From Parcubacteria group bacterium Gr01-1014_31 (GTDB taxonomy: Bacteria > Patescibacteriota > Patescibacteriia > Buchananbacterales > GWA2-38-13), in assembly GCA_007376135.1 (NCBI GenBank), contig VMFR01000007.1, positions 24,287 to 88,286 of the forward strand: a DNA stretch of 64,000 bases. The letters are read 5' to 3'. The notes under the pieces are model-generated. The model worked only from the letters and a program-made list of their open reading frames with translations, was not told the origin of the DNA and did no database searches. The translations under genes were made by a program, and so were the position numbers. Positions 22,200 through 32,969 of the stretch are shown one piece after another. Numbering within the stretch: the stretch's first letter is position 1; each line of letters opens with the position of its first letter.

Positions 22200-22416
22200 T
22201 ATGCCCGGTAGTACAACGGGCTGGCGCTGAAGGTGGGAGCCGGCGCAATGAAATTACATTGTGTAGCTCGGACCACTCAAACTCGACCGTTGTCCTATCG
22301 GGTTATGCCCCGTAGTACAACGGACTGTCGGTGAATGGGGTATAAGTTCACGAAGAGGGCTAAAATCGTGAGTTTTGCGAGCATACGTCAATGCCGTTGT
22401 CCTACGGGGTATGCCC
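22200..22416. promoter_or_regulatory. Repeat-laden 5' region: four copies in alternating orientation of a ~22-nt element (T)ATGCC(C/G)GTAGTACAACGG. The last copy overlaps the MerR start codon.
   Basis: Copies at 22200-22219 (+), 22281-22309 (-), 22305-22323 (+) and 22394-22416 (-). Copies 2 and 3 form a 37-nt imperfect palindrome. Confidence 0.5.
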
Positions 22417-22656
22417 AAGGAGCTGCTCAAAATCGGCCAACTGGCGAAATTGACGGGGGTACTGCCCTCGACGATTAACTTTTACACCAACACCGGGTTG
22501 CTCACTGCGGCAGACCGCTCCCAGGGCGGTTACCGCCTCTATCCGGCCACGGCGGTGCAACGGGTGAAGCTCATCCGGCGGCTTCAGGAGTTTCGCCGTT
22601 TGACCATCAGCGAGATCCGCCAGAAGTTGCGCGCGCAGTTGGTACCCCGTTCCTAA
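22411..22656 (+). CDS. Short MerR-family HTH transcriptional regulator (82 aa), no effector domain
   Basis: LKIGQLAKLTGVLPSTINFYTNTGLL...GYRLY...RVKLIRRLQ matches the MerR HTH plus start of the dimerisation helix. Confidence 0.65.
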   Translation: MPKELLKIGQLAKLTGVLPSTINFYTNTGLLTAADRSQGGYRLYPATAVQRVKLIRRLQEFRRLTISEIRQKLRAQLVPRS

Positions 22657-22667
22657 ACTATCTTGCT

Positions 22668-24998
22668 ATGTTTCGTGGGCGTCGCCGGGCTAAACACAAG
22701 GAATATCGTTCATCGCGTTCCGCGTATGACCGGTACTACCGCGCGGACAGCGCGCGCCGCCGCCGCACGCTGCGCCAGAAGTTTGCCGACATCCCCGTGC
22801 ATACGAAGCGCGGCATCGCGAGCGTCGTCATTTTGGGGGTGAGCCTGTCGCTGTTGCTAGCGTTGCTCGGGCTGGCGGGGCCGGCCAGCGTCTCCCTGAC
22901 CAAGTGGCTGCGGTCGCTCATGGGCGCGATGCGCTGGTTGTTACCCGGCTGCCTGCTGGTGTTGGGGTATCTGTTGGCGCGCCCAGATACTGAGGGTTGG
23001 CTGCCATTACGATGGCTGGGTGCATTCTTGTTGTTCTCCGGGATGAGCGGTATTGCCCATTTGCCGCAGGCCAGCGGTACCTTTGCCGAAGCGAAATTCG
23101 GCCGGGGCGGCGGCATGCTGGGCTATGCGGTTTCACATTGGCTGACGTCGGCGTCCGGGGTTTGGGTATCGCTCGTCGTGCTGCTGGTGGTGGTGACTAT
23201 CGGCGTCTTTTTGTTCTTCAATACCTCGTTTGCCCATCTGGCGGCAGCGATGACCTGGCTGCAGGGAACGTTTGCCGCCTTGCGCCAGCACCTCATCCGT
23301 CGGCGCGTCAAACAGCTGCAGGCCGAGCGGGAACAACCCGCGTTACCCGTGCCCGTTGAAACGTCAAGTATTTTCCACCCGCAGAAGGTTCCCGCGCCGG
23401 AAGCGGCCGACGAGGATGAGGAGAGAGATAATGAAGAGACATTACCGGCGCCGGTCGAGGGCGACGGAGTTCTCGCGGCCGCCGTAAAAAAGCCGCGCCG
23501 CCGGGCTCCGCGCAAGCTTGACTTGCCCTTGTCGCTTTTGACCGGACAGGCGGGGAAACCGACCAGCGGCGACATTAAGGCCAACCAGTATTTGATCGAA
23601 AAGACCCTCAAGAATTTCGGCATCGAAGCGGAAATGGGTGAAGTGAGCGTTGGGCCGACGGTGACGCAGTATACGTTGAAACCCGCCGACGGGGTCAAAC
23701 TGTCAAAGATCGTCAGCTTGTCGGATAACCTGGCGCTGGCGCTGGCCGCGCATCCTATCCGCATTGAAGCTCCGATCCCCGGCCGCTCGCTGGTGGGCAT
23801 CGAAGTTCCCAACCAGACCACAGCCATCGTGCCGCTGCGGCAGGCGCTGGATTCCGACGAGTTCCGCCAGCGCCGGTCCAACCTGATGGTGGCGCTCGGC
23901 ATGGACGTCAAGGGCAAACCGTGGCTGGCGGACCTCTCCCGCATGCCCCACCTGCTGATCGCGGGGGCCACCGGTTCGGGCAAGAGCGTGTGCATCAATA
24001 CCATCATCGTCTCGCTGCTGTACCAAAACAGCCCCGATGACCTGCATTTCGTGATGGTGGACCCCAAGCGCGTGGAATTGCCCATCTACAACGGCATTCC
24101 GCACCTCGTGGCGCCGGTCATCACCGACGTCAAAAAGACCATCAATGCGCTCCATTGGGCGATCCGTGAGATGGAGCACCGGTTCGATACCCTGGCGGCG
24201 GTACATAAGCGCGACATTGCCTCTTACAACGAGACGGCGGAAGAAAAGATGCCCTACATCGTGCTGGTCATCGACGAACTGGCCGACTTGATGGTGGCCG
24301 CCGGCCCTGACATCGAAGGTTCCATCATCCGCCTGGCCCAAATGTCGCGCGCGGTGGGCATTCACCTGGTGATCGCCACGCAGCGGCCATCGGTGGACGT
24401 CATTACCGGGCTGATCAAGGCCAACATTACGACGCGCATCGCCTTTTCGGTAGCGTCGCTGGTGGACTCGCGCACCATCCTGGACATGTCGGGCGCCGAG
24501 AAGCTGCTGGGGCGCGGCGACATGCTGTTCCTATCGGCCGAGATCTCCAAACCCAAGCGGCTGCAGGGCGCCTATGCCGCCGATGGAGAGATCAAGAGGG
24601 TCATTGACCACCTCAAACAGCAGGGTCTGCCGGAGTACGATCCCGAGGTGACGGAGCCGCCGAGCGGCGGGAGCGGTGTCATCTTCGGCGGCGGTCGGAA
24701 CGGCGGCGGGGACGATGATGGCGACAGCATGCTGGAGGCGGCGACCGACGTCATCCTGCGCTACCACAAGGCGTCCGCTTCGATGCTGCAACGCCGGCTG
24801 CGGATCGGGTATTCCCGCGCGGCGCGAATTTTGGACTTACTGCAAGAGCGGGGGGTGGTCGGCCCCGCAGACGGTTCCAAAGCCCGCGAAGTCCTGTTGC
24901 GGAGGGACCCGGGGGATGCTACCATTGCCCATGAAGAGCCATCTGACACCGACGACGTTGCCGAAGACGACGACGCCGCGGATGTCCCACCAGCGTAA
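22668..24998 (+). CDS. ftsK: DNA translocase FtsK/SpoIIIE
   Basis: N-terminal TM helices, Pro/acidic linker, motor domain with Walker A GATGSGKSV, C-terminal gamma (winged-helix) domain. Confidence 0.9.
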   Translation: MFRGRRRAKHKEYRSSRSAYDRYYRADSARRRRTLRQKFADIPVHTKRGIASVVILGVSLSLLLALLGLAGPASVSLTKWLRSLMGAMRWLLPGCLLVLGYLLARPDTEGWLPLRWLGAFLLFSGMSGIAHLPQASGTFAEAKFGRGGGMLGYAVSHWLTSASGVWVSLVVLLVVVTIGVFLFFNTSFAHLAAAMTWLQGTFAALRQHLIRRRVKQLQAEREQPALPVPVETSSIFHPQKVPAPEAADEDEERDNEETLPAPVEGDGVLAAAVKKPRRRAPRKLDLPLSLLTGQAGKPTSGDIKANQYLIEKTLKNFGIEAEMGEVSVGPTVTQYTLKPADGVKLSKIVSLSDNLALALAAHPIRIEAPIPGRSLVGIEVPNQTTAIVPLRQALDSDEFRQRRSNLMVALGMDVKGKPWLADLSRMPHLLIAGATGSGKSVCINTIIVSLLYQNSPDDLHFVMVDPKRVELPIYNGIPHLVAPVITDVKKTINALHWAIREMEHRFDTLAAVHKRDIASYNETAEEKMPYIVLVIDELADLMVAAGPDIEGSIIRLAQMSRAVGIHLVIATQRPSVDVITGLIKANITTRIAFSVASLVDSRTILDMSGAEKLLGRGDMLFLSAEISKPKRLQGAYAADGEIKRVIDHLKQQGLPEYDPEVTEPPSGGSGVIFGGGRNGGGDDDGDSMLEAATDVILRYHKASASMLQRRLRIGYSRAARILDLLQERGVVGPADGSKAREVLLRRDPGDATIAHEEPSDTDDVAEDDDAADVPPA

Positions 24999-25689
24999 AC
25001 GCATGCGGGAGTTCACTACTCGAACGATTGCCGGTCAGCAGACGCTGGGCGAGCTGTTGGCGCAGCGCCGCGCCGCCATGGCCGTCAGCCTGGCGGAAGC
25101 GGGGCGGCAGCTCAACATCAACCCATCGTACTTGGAAGCGCTGGAAACCGGCGCGCATGGGGGGCTGCCCGGAACCGTGTACGCGGTGGCGTTCTTGAAG
25201 TCGTACGCGCAGCTGCTCAACCTCGACCCCGAAGAGGCCGTCCATCGCTACAAGAGCGAGCTGGCAATCGCCCAGCACGCCCGGGGGGAAAGCACGGAGC
25301 AGTGGCGGCCGGTCGCGCGTGCCGCTTGGTGGCATTTTATGGTGCCCGCCCGATTGCTGCGGACCGCTATGTTGGCGGTGGTCCTGCTATCCGCGCTGAC
25401 CTACCTCGGGTTTAAAGTGGAAGCGATCGTGCAGCCGCCGTTCCTGACGGTCACCAGCCCCGCCGACGAGCTGCTGACCGACTATGCATTGCTGACCGTC
25501 GCCGGTCAGGTCGAAGTTGGCTCGGTCATTACCATTAACGGGCAAGAGGTATTGGCCGACGCGCAAGGGCGATTTTCCACCCCGCTGGACCTGCAAGTCG
25601 GCGTCAATTTGATCAAGATCACCGCCCGCAAGAACCACAGCAAAGAGACGGTCGTGCAGCGGCGGGTAGTGCTGCAGGAGCGGCAGTAA
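24982..25689 (+). CDS. RodZ-like cytoskeleton protein: XRE-type HTH, single TM helix, C-terminal beta domain
   Basis: HTH ...[34 protein letters not shown], RodZ-like segment [41 protein letters not shown]. The start could be 25003. Overlaps the ftsK 3' end. Confidence 0.6.
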   Translation: MSHQRKRMREFTTRTIAGQQTLGELLAQRRAAMAVSLAEAGRQLNINPSYLEALETGAHGGLPGTVYAVAFLKSYAQLLNLDPEEAVHRYKSELAIAQHARGESTEQWRPVARAAWWHFMVPARLLRTAMLAVVLLSALTYLGFKVEAIVQPPFLTVTSPADELLTDYALLTVAGQVEVGSVITINGQEVLADAQGRFSTPLDLQVGVNLIKITARKNHSKETVVQRRVVLQERQ

Positions 25690-25700
25690 ATTTTTTACGT

Positions 25701-26735
<1,035 letters not shown>

Positions 26736-26823
26736 GAGCGGAAAATATCGTACCCGACCAGCCGGCTTGTCCAGCTGGTTTTTGGCAGGGGACGCCGGTC
26801 TTCGTGGTATACTGGTCCTATCT

Positions 26824-29520
26824 ATGGAGGGGGAAAGAATACCGACGCGGTCATTTTTGCGATTTTTGTCGCTAGGTGCACTGGCGATCGGTTTTTTGGT
26901 CCATCCTCCATTCCCGGCGAGCGGCCAAACCTGCGTGCCGGATTGGTCGTGTACGGTGTGGTCAGTCTGCAGCGAGGGCACGCAAACGCGCACGTGTTCC
27001 GACCTGAACCTGTGCGGCGCGACGCGCGTGCCGCCCGAACAGCAAGCCTGCGTGGTGGGTCCGGAGATTATCACGGATGTCATTCCGACCGGCGGGGACC
27101 TGTCCGGGAACCCGACTCCAGCTCCCGGACAAGCCGCCGGCTGCAGCCCCAGTTGGTACTGCTCCGCTTGGTCGGCCTGCGAGAGTAACGCGCAGACCCG
27201 TACCTGTATTGATGCGAACGAGTGCAATACGACCGCAGGACAACCGGCGCAGTCGCAGTCGTGCGATGCGGCGGCACCCTGTTTTCCAAGTTGGAGCTGC
27301 AGTTCGTGGTCCACTTGCCAGGATAATCTGCAGACCCGTACCTGCGCGGACGCCAATACCTGCGGCAGCGATGATGGCAAGCCGGCGACAGCGCAGGCCT
27401 GCACCGTCGTGCCGGCGGCAACTCCGACTCCGACGCCGACGCCCGCACCGACGCCCACGCCGGCGGAAGTACTACCACCGGTGAACGGGCCGGATACCGT
27501 CGCGCCGGCGATTTCCGCAGTCGCGGTAAGCGGCGTGACGCAGAATCGCGCGGCCGTGACCTGGACGACGAATGAGCCAGCTGACAGTACCGTCCGCTAC
27601 GGCATCGGCCAGACCAATTTGACCGCAGCCGACAGCGCGCCAGTCACGGTGCACGGCATTGTTTTGAATAATCTTTCCGCCGGCGCGACCTATACGGTCG
27701 GGGTGAGCAGCCGCGATGCGGCCGGCAACACGGGCTACGCCGATGCCTTCAGTTTTACCACCCCGGCAGAGCCGTCCGCTAGCGACACGTTCCCGCCGGC
27801 CATTATTGCCGTCAGCATCAGCGCCGTGACGTCCAGCGGGGCGTCGGTGACCTGGCAGACGGATGAAGCGGCTGTGAGCAGCGTCGCCTTCGGGGTAACG
27901 ACCGGGTACGGCAGTAGCGCGACATCGGCGGGCGGCGCGCGGACCACACAACATGGAGCCACCCTGACCCCGTTGTCGGCTGGCACGCTCTACCACCTGC
28001 GGGTCACCGCGATGGATGCGGCCGGCAACATGGCCATCTCGCCCGACCAGACGTTCGCCACGCCGGCTGCTGCGGCGGACGCCGATGGCGACGGGGTGCT
28101 CAATACCGTTGATTCTGACGATGACAATGACGGGGTATCCGATACCCAAGAGGCAGCGGCGGGCACCAACCCGCTGCAACCGGACACCGACGGCGACGGC
28201 ACATCGGACGCCAGTGATCCGTTCCCACTGCTGACCACCGAGAACGGCGACGCCGACGGCGATGGCATCGGTAATGCGGTTGACCCCGACGATGACAACG
28301 ACGGTTTGCTTGATGCTCACGAGCAAGTCCTGGGGACCAATCCTTTGCGGGCGGACACCGACGGCGACGGTACCCCGGACGCCAGCGATCCGACGCCGCG
28401 CAGCGGCGGTGCGGTGACCGGGAGTGCGAGCGATACCGACGGCGAAGGCTTGTTAGACGCGATCGAGCAAATATTAGGAACCAGCGCCGCAAGTGCCGAC
28501 ACCGACGGCGACGGCGTTTCCGACCGCGACGACCCTTTTCCGCGCGACCCGCAGGAAAGCCGTGACACCGACGGCGACGGCCGCGGCGATAATGCCGATA
28601 CCGACGATGACAATGACGGGCTATCGGACGTCCTGGAGCGGCAACTCGGTACTTCGGGGGTAGCGGCCGATTCGGACGGCGACGGCGTTTCCGACCGCGA
28701 CGATCCGTTCCCGACCATAGCGGCGCTTCCGGCGTGGGCGCAGAGCGCGGAAAACGGAGGCAGTACGGTCTCGGGGACCGCGGCGGTGAGCGTTCCGCCG
28801 CGATTTGCCAGATTGGTCCGCAACCAGAAGGGCGAACTGTTCCTTTTACTTCCCAGCGGGATCCGGCGTCCGTTCCGCCGTCCACAGGACGCATCACGGT
28901 TTGGCTTGCGGGCGGACACCGCCGTGCTGGTCGACGATGCCACATTGGCGAAATATCCGCTCGGGGCCGCGATCGGTCCTGACGAGCAGGGGGTACTGGA
29001 GTGGCTTGATACCGACGGTGACACGCTGTCGGATGCGCGCGAATTAGCGCTGGGCACCAAGCCCTGGCAATCGGATACTGATGGGGATACCTTCAGCGAC
29101 GGCGACGAACAGGCCAAGGGGTTTGACCCTCTCTACCCGCCGCAGCACGCGTCGCCGACCCCCGAGCTGGTGGCACGGGCGCGCGGGCGCGTGATTGCCG
29201 GTGTTGATCATCCCCAGCCGTTGTACTACGTCCTTCCCGCGCGCGGGTGGCGCGTGCCGTTGCCGGACGAGGCGACGTTCTGGACGGTGGCGCGTGCGTT
29301 CCATCTCCCCGTGCCGGCAGGCCGGCTGCAGACGCTGCCAGCAACTGCCGCCGATGGGCAGTTGCTCTTGGATGGGCAGGACGGCCGGCTGTACTACCGT
29401 CGTGCGGGCGTAAACCTCCGCCTGCAGCCGGGACAGGTTCTGACGCAACTGCGTACCTCGGCGCTGACCCTGACCGCTGACGAAGTTGCGTTGCTTCCCT
29501 ACCGTTGGGTGGCGCGTTGA
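26824..29520 (+). CDS. Large secreted Ca-binding protein: signal peptide, four Cys-rich QTRTC repeats, two FN3-like domains, at least ten thrombospondin-type-3 repeats, C-terminal domain
   Basis: Signal RSFLRFLSLGALAIGFLV. Repeats C.P.W.C..WS.C....QTRTC.D.N.C occur four times. DTDGDGVSDRDDPFP-type repeats throughout the middle third. Confidence 0.75.
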   Translation: MEGERIPTRSFLRFLSLGALAIGFLVHPPFPASGQTCVPDWSCTVWSVCSEGTQTRTCSDLNLCGATRVPPEQQACVVGPEIITDVIPTGGDLSGNPTPAPGQAAGCSPSWYCSAWSACESNAQTRTCIDANECNTTAGQPAQSQSCDAAAPCFPSWSCSSWSTCQDNLQTRTCADANTCGSDDGKPATAQACTVVPAATPTPTPTPAPTPTPAEVLPPVNGPDTVAPAISAVAVSGVTQNRAAVTWTTNEPADSTVRYGIGQTNLTAADSAPVTVHGIVLNNLSAGATYTVGVSSRDAAGNTGYADAFSFTTPAEPSASDTFPPAIIAVSISAVTSSGASVTWQTDEAAVSSVAFGVTTGYGSSATSAGGARTTQHGATLTPLSAGTLYHLRVTAMDAAGNMAISPDQTFATPAAAADADGDGVLNTVDSDDDNDGVSDTQEAAAGTNPLQPDTDGDGTSDASDPFPLLTTENGDADGDGIGNAVDPDDDNDGLLDAHEQVLGTNPLRADTDGDGTPDASDPTPRSGGAVTGSASDTDGEGLLDAIEQILGTSAASADTDGDGVSDRDDPFPRDPQESRDTDGDGRGDNADTDDDNDGLSDVLERQLGTSGVAADSDGDGVSDRDDPFPTIAALPAWAQSAENGGSTVSGTAAVSVPPRFARLVRNQKGELFLLLPSGIRRPFRRPQDASRFGLRADTAVLVDDATLAKYPLGAAIGPDEQGVLEWLDTDGDTLSDARELALGTKPWQSDTDGDTFSDGDEQAKGFDPLYPPQHASPTPELVARARGRVIAGVDHPQPLYYVLPARGWRVPLPDEATFWTVARAFHLPVPAGRLQTLPATAADGQLLLDGQDGRLYYRRAGVNLRLQPGQVLTQLRTSALTLTADEVALLPYRWVAR

Positions 29521-29535
29521 GAGCATTTGTGAACG

Positions 29536-29566
29536 GCAAAAAAAGACCCCGGTGGGGCCTTTTTTA
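29536..29566. terminator. Candidate bidirectional terminator between convergent genes
   Basis: A-run, ccccggtgggg hairpin, T-run. Confidence 0.4.
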
Positions 29567-29573
29567 TGTTTAG

Positions 29574-30149
29574 CTACTGGTTGACGCGCTCTACGTACTC
29601 TCCGGTTTGGGTGTTGATACGCACCACGTCACCTTCGTTGATGAATAAGGGTACGGCAACCTCAGCGCCCGTTTCGATGGTGGCGACCTTGGTGACGCGC
29701 CCCTGGGCGGAATCGCCTTTGACGGCTTCGGGTGCGGCGGTGATCTTAAAATCCATCTTCGGCGGCAGGTCAATGCCAACGGCTTTGTCGTTGAACGTCC
29801 GCAGTTCCAGGGGCGTCCCTTCCCGCAGAAAGGGCAGTGCGGCGGCTACATCCTCGCGGGATAAACTTACCTGTTCGAACGTCTCGCCGTCCATAAAATA
29901 GGCTTCCGTGTCGGTGGTGTAGAGGAACGTCGCGTCCTTGCGGCCGACCTCGGCTTCCTCGACGCGGTCGCCCGGTTTGAAGGTGATCTCCAATACCTTG
30001 CCGTTGATCAGGTTGCGCAACTTGGTCTGCATCACGGGTTTGCGCTGCTGCATTCGGACGAAGTTCGCATGCAGCACCACGTAGGGCTCGCTGCCGTAGA
30101 CAATGGCAACGCCTTGTTTGATGTCGTTGAGCGATGAGAGAACGGCCAT
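29574..30149 (-). CDS. efp: Translation elongation factor P
   Basis: MAVLSSLNDIKQGVAIVYGSEPYVVL...KPG-loop region and three beta-barrel domains. The ORF-track 5' extension begins with GTG and is probably not used. Confidence 0.9.
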   Translation of the reverse strand: MAVLSSLNDIKQGVAIVYGSEPYVVLHANFVRMQQRKPVMQTKLRNLINGKVLEITFKPGDRVEEAEVGRKDATFLYTTDTEAYFMDGETFEQVSLSREDVAAALPFLREGTPLELRTFNDKAVGIDLPPKMDFKITAAPEAVKGDSAQGRVTKVATIETGAEVAVPLFINEGDVVRINTQTGEYVERVNQ

Positions 30150-30244
30150 AGAGAGTTTAGTTTGTAGGGAGTAGTTGGGTAGAAGTAGATCGAACGGCCG
30201 GTTCACGTTACCTACTATTGACTACTACCTACTACCTCGTTCAC

Positions 30245-30478
30245 TTAGCGGGTAAGGAACGGGAGGAGCGCGATGATGCGGGCGCGTTTGATGGCCGTCG
30301 CCAGCTTGCGCTGGTGTTTGGTGCAGACCCCCGACTTGCGTCGCGGCACGATCTTCCCGTAGGAGGAAATGTAGCGGCGCAGCGTCATGATGTCCTTGTA
30401 GTCCACGACCGGGATGTTGTGGACGCAGAAGTGGCAATAGCGGTCTTTGGCGAGCGGGTTGTTCTTGGGTCGAATCAT
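30245..30478 (-). CDS. rpsR: 30S ribosomal protein S18
   Basis: 77 aa. Conserved [32 protein letters not shown]. Confidence 0.9.
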   Translation of the reverse strand: MIRPKNNPLAKDRYCHFCVHNIPVVDYKDIMTLRRYISSYGKIVPRRKSGVCTKHQRKLATAIKRARIIALLPFLTR

Positions 30479-30577
30479 AGAAAGTAGTAGTGCACAGTGC
30501 TCAGTTCCCCGTGCTCAGTGCTTCGGATTTTTCGTTCGATCGGCGGTGCGGAGCACTGGGTACAGTGTACGGAGCAC

Positions 30578-31024
30578 TTAAAATGGGATATCTTCAACCT
30601 TGATCTCCTCGCTGTCGGCCGCCGGCGCTGCGGGCGCGGCAGGAGCAGGCGTCGGGGCCGGTTGCGATGGCGCACTCGCCGGCTGTCCCGCGTTGGCGCG
30701 GCCATCCAGCATGATCATGCTTTCCGCAACTATTTCGGTGCGGTTGCGGTTGCTTCCGTCCTGCGCCTGCCATTGGCGGGTCTGCAGCCGGCCCTCAATG
30801 TAGATGCGGCTGCCCTTGCGGAGGTACTGGGCGATAGTTTCCCCCAGCTTGCGCCAAGCAACGACGTTATGGAACTCTACCTTCTCCTGTTTTTTTCCCG
30901 TCGTGTCGGTCCACACCAGGTTCGTGGCGACCGAGAACGTGGTGACCGTCGCGCCATTCGGCGTGGTGCGCGTCTCGGGGTCGCGCGTCAGGCGGCCGAT
31001 GATCATCGCTTTGTTGAGGTCCAT
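30578..31024 (-). CDS. ssb: Single-stranded DNA-binding protein
   Basis: OB-fold MDLNKAMIIGRLTRDPE..., Pro/Ala-rich tail ending in the acidic DIPF motif. Confidence 0.9.
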   Translation of the reverse strand: MDLNKAMIIGRLTRDPETRTTPNGATVTTFSVATNLVWTDTTGKKQEKVEFHNVVAWRKLGETIAQYLRKGSRIYIEGRLQTRQWQAQDGSNRNRTEIVAESMIMLDGRANAGQPASAPSQPAPTPAPAAPAAPAADSEEIKVEDIPF

Positions 31025-31109
31025 AGAGAAAGCGTAAAGTGTAAAGCGCAAAGCGAAAAATATATCGGCCGATTGTTTTGCGTTTTTCGCTTTTCGTTTT
31101 GCGTTTATC

Positions 31110-31535
31110 TTAGATGATATCCTTGGTCAGTAGTTCGTCGAGCTTGCGGTCCAGGTCGGCAAGTTTGGCCTGCTGCCGGTCCTCTTGTTTGCTCTCTTCG
31201 GTCGCCGCCGCCGTTGGCGCCGTCGGTGCGGGCGCGGCTTTTCGGGTGACCTCGCTGCGCTTGACCAGCAGGTGGCGTACGACATCGTTGTGCAGGCGCA
31301 GATCCTGGTCGAGCGCGCGCACGGTGCCCGCTTCGGCGTCGAAGTGCGACAGCAGGTAGTAGCAGGTCGTTGCCCCCTTGATGGGGTAGGCGAGCCGCTT
31401 TTTGCCGAGGCTATCTTCGAAGGTGACCTTGCCGCCGTGCTTGATCACCAGGTCGCGCACCTGGCCGATGACGCCGCCCAGTTCATCTTCGGCGTACTTG
31501 GTTGGCACGAGGTACATCAGTTCGTATCGGGTCAT
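31110..31535 (-). CDS. rpsF: 30S ribosomal protein S6 with C-terminal extension
   Basis: MTRYELMYLV...; gene order S6-SSB-S18 is conserved. Confidence 0.85.
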   Translation of the reverse strand: MTRYELMYLVPTKYAEDELGGVIGQVRDLVIKHGGKVTFEDSLGKKRLAYPIKGATTCYYLLSHFDAEAGTVRALDQDLRLHNDVVRHLLVKRSEVTRKAAPAPTAPTAAATEESKQEDRQQAKLADLDRKLDELLTKDII

Positions 31536-31727
31536 AGTGTAAACGATAAACCCGGGGTTTTCCCGGGTACAAAGTCGCCAGCGTCCGTTCCTGGAACGGG
31601 CCGCGGCACCTTTGTCCGGGGGCTTTGCCCTGGGACGAGTCCGAATTTCTCGGACCCATGGGAAAGGTAATGATTCTATTGTAGGATTATGCTAGCAAAT
31701 GATCCGTTGTTCGTCAAGGATACGGCT

Positions 31728-32858
31728 ATGCCCCATCCAGCTACCGTTTTTTTGCTTGGGAGAACCCCCGAGATTGCCGCGGCGGAACTGGCCGCGGTTT
31801 TGCCGCAGGAGGAATTATTTCCTCTGACGCCGCAGGTACTCCGTTGTCCTACCGCCGTACCGGACGCGCCTGCTCTGCTGTCCCGCTTGGGCGGCACGGT
31901 CAAGATCGGCGAAGTCATCGCCAATAAATTCACTCCTGCGGCCGTTGCCGATGCGATCGCGCACCAGCATTCCGGCGGCAAGGCGCTGTTTGCCATCAGC
32001 TGGGTCAATGGGCAGAAGAACGCGGCAACGCTCGCCGCCGGCCTGAACGTCAAAACCCTGCTCAAACAACGCGGCATTAACGCCCGGCTGGTAACCTCGC
32101 GTGCGCCGCAACTGCCGGCCGCAGCCATCAACCGGCACGGCGCGCGGGAATTTACGGTGCTGTCGGACGGGAGCGTCGCGCGCATCATCGCGGCCCAGGA
32201 CGTGGACGACTTCACGCGGCGCGACGTGGGCCGGCCGCATCGCGACGTGAAGTCCGGCACGCTCCCGCCGAAACTCGCGCGGATGATGGTGAACCTCGCG
32301 CAGGTGCCGGCGAACGGAACGCTGCTGGACCCGTTCTGCGGGTCGGGCACGGTGCTCTCCGAAGCGATGCTGTCCGGTGTTGCGTCCGTGCTCGGTTCCG
32401 ACGTTTCCGCAAAAGCGGTCGGCGAAAGCCAGGCAAATCTCCGCTGGCTGCAACAGCAGTACCCGGAAACTGCGGCCGCCCACTGGCAGGTCTTTGTCGC
32501 CGATGTGCGGCAGTTGGAAAAAACGCTGGGTCGCCAGAAAGTCGCAGCGGTCGTTACCGAGCCATTCTTGGGTCCGCCCCGCCGGGGGCGGGAGACTCGC
32601 GCTCAACTGCAGGCCGTGATACAAGAGCTGACCGCGCTGTATACCGATGCGTTCGCACAGTTCGCGAAGGTGGTGGCAGACGGCGGACGGGTCGTATTTG
32701 CCCAACCTTCATTTACCCACGGCGGCGAAGTACTGACGCTGGAGCTGGATGCTGCCGTCACGCAGCTCGGGTTCACCCGGAGTGGCGGACCCTACCCGTA
32801 CCACCGCCCCGATCAGCACGTCCTGCGAAGCATTTCAGTGTGGGAAAAAAATATGTGA
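31728..32858 (+). CDS. THUMP-domain RNA (guanine-N2-type) methyltransferase, Trm14/TrmN/RlmL-like
   Basis: N-terminal THUMP-like region, then PPKLARMMVNLA and SAM motif I LLDPFCGSGT, then DPPY-equivalent region. Confidence 0.6.
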   Translation: MPHPATVFLLGRTPEIAAAELAAVLPQEELFPLTPQVLRCPTAVPDAPALLSRLGGTVKIGEVIANKFTPAAVADAIAHQHSGGKALFAISWVNGQKNAATLAAGLNVKTLLKQRGINARLVTSRAPQLPAAAINRHGAREFTVLSDGSVARIIAAQDVDDFTRRDVGRPHRDVKSGTLPPKLARMMVNLAQVPANGTLLDPFCGSGTVLSEAMLSGVASVLGSDVSAKAVGESQANLRWLQQQYPETAAAHWQVFVADVRQLEKTLGRQKVAAVVTEPFLGPPRRGRETRAQLQAVIQELTALYTDAFAQFAKVVADGGRVVFAQPSFTHGGEVLTLELDAAVTQLGFTRSGGPYPYHRPDQHVLRSISVWEKNM

Positions 32859-32969
32859 GTGCCGATGGCAACCCCCCAAGGTTAAATTAAAAGACCCTGC
32901 TCCGACTGCGGTTGCGGTTATCCACCGGCAAGATGTCAATTTCGACACCCCGGTGTATAGTGTGAGCAC

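Noticed and set aside
27990-29120. Periodic cgacggcgacgg... repeats, considered as a possible CRISPR or tandem DNA repeat array
   Set aside because: The periodicity comes from coding repeats (DTDGDG thrombospondin-type-3 units) within one long ORF. There are no spacer or repeat regularities.
30218-30487. Plus-strand ORF (89 aa, TTG start) opposite rpsR
   Set aside because: Antisense to the highly conserved S18 gene. Alternative start codon. No protein-like features.
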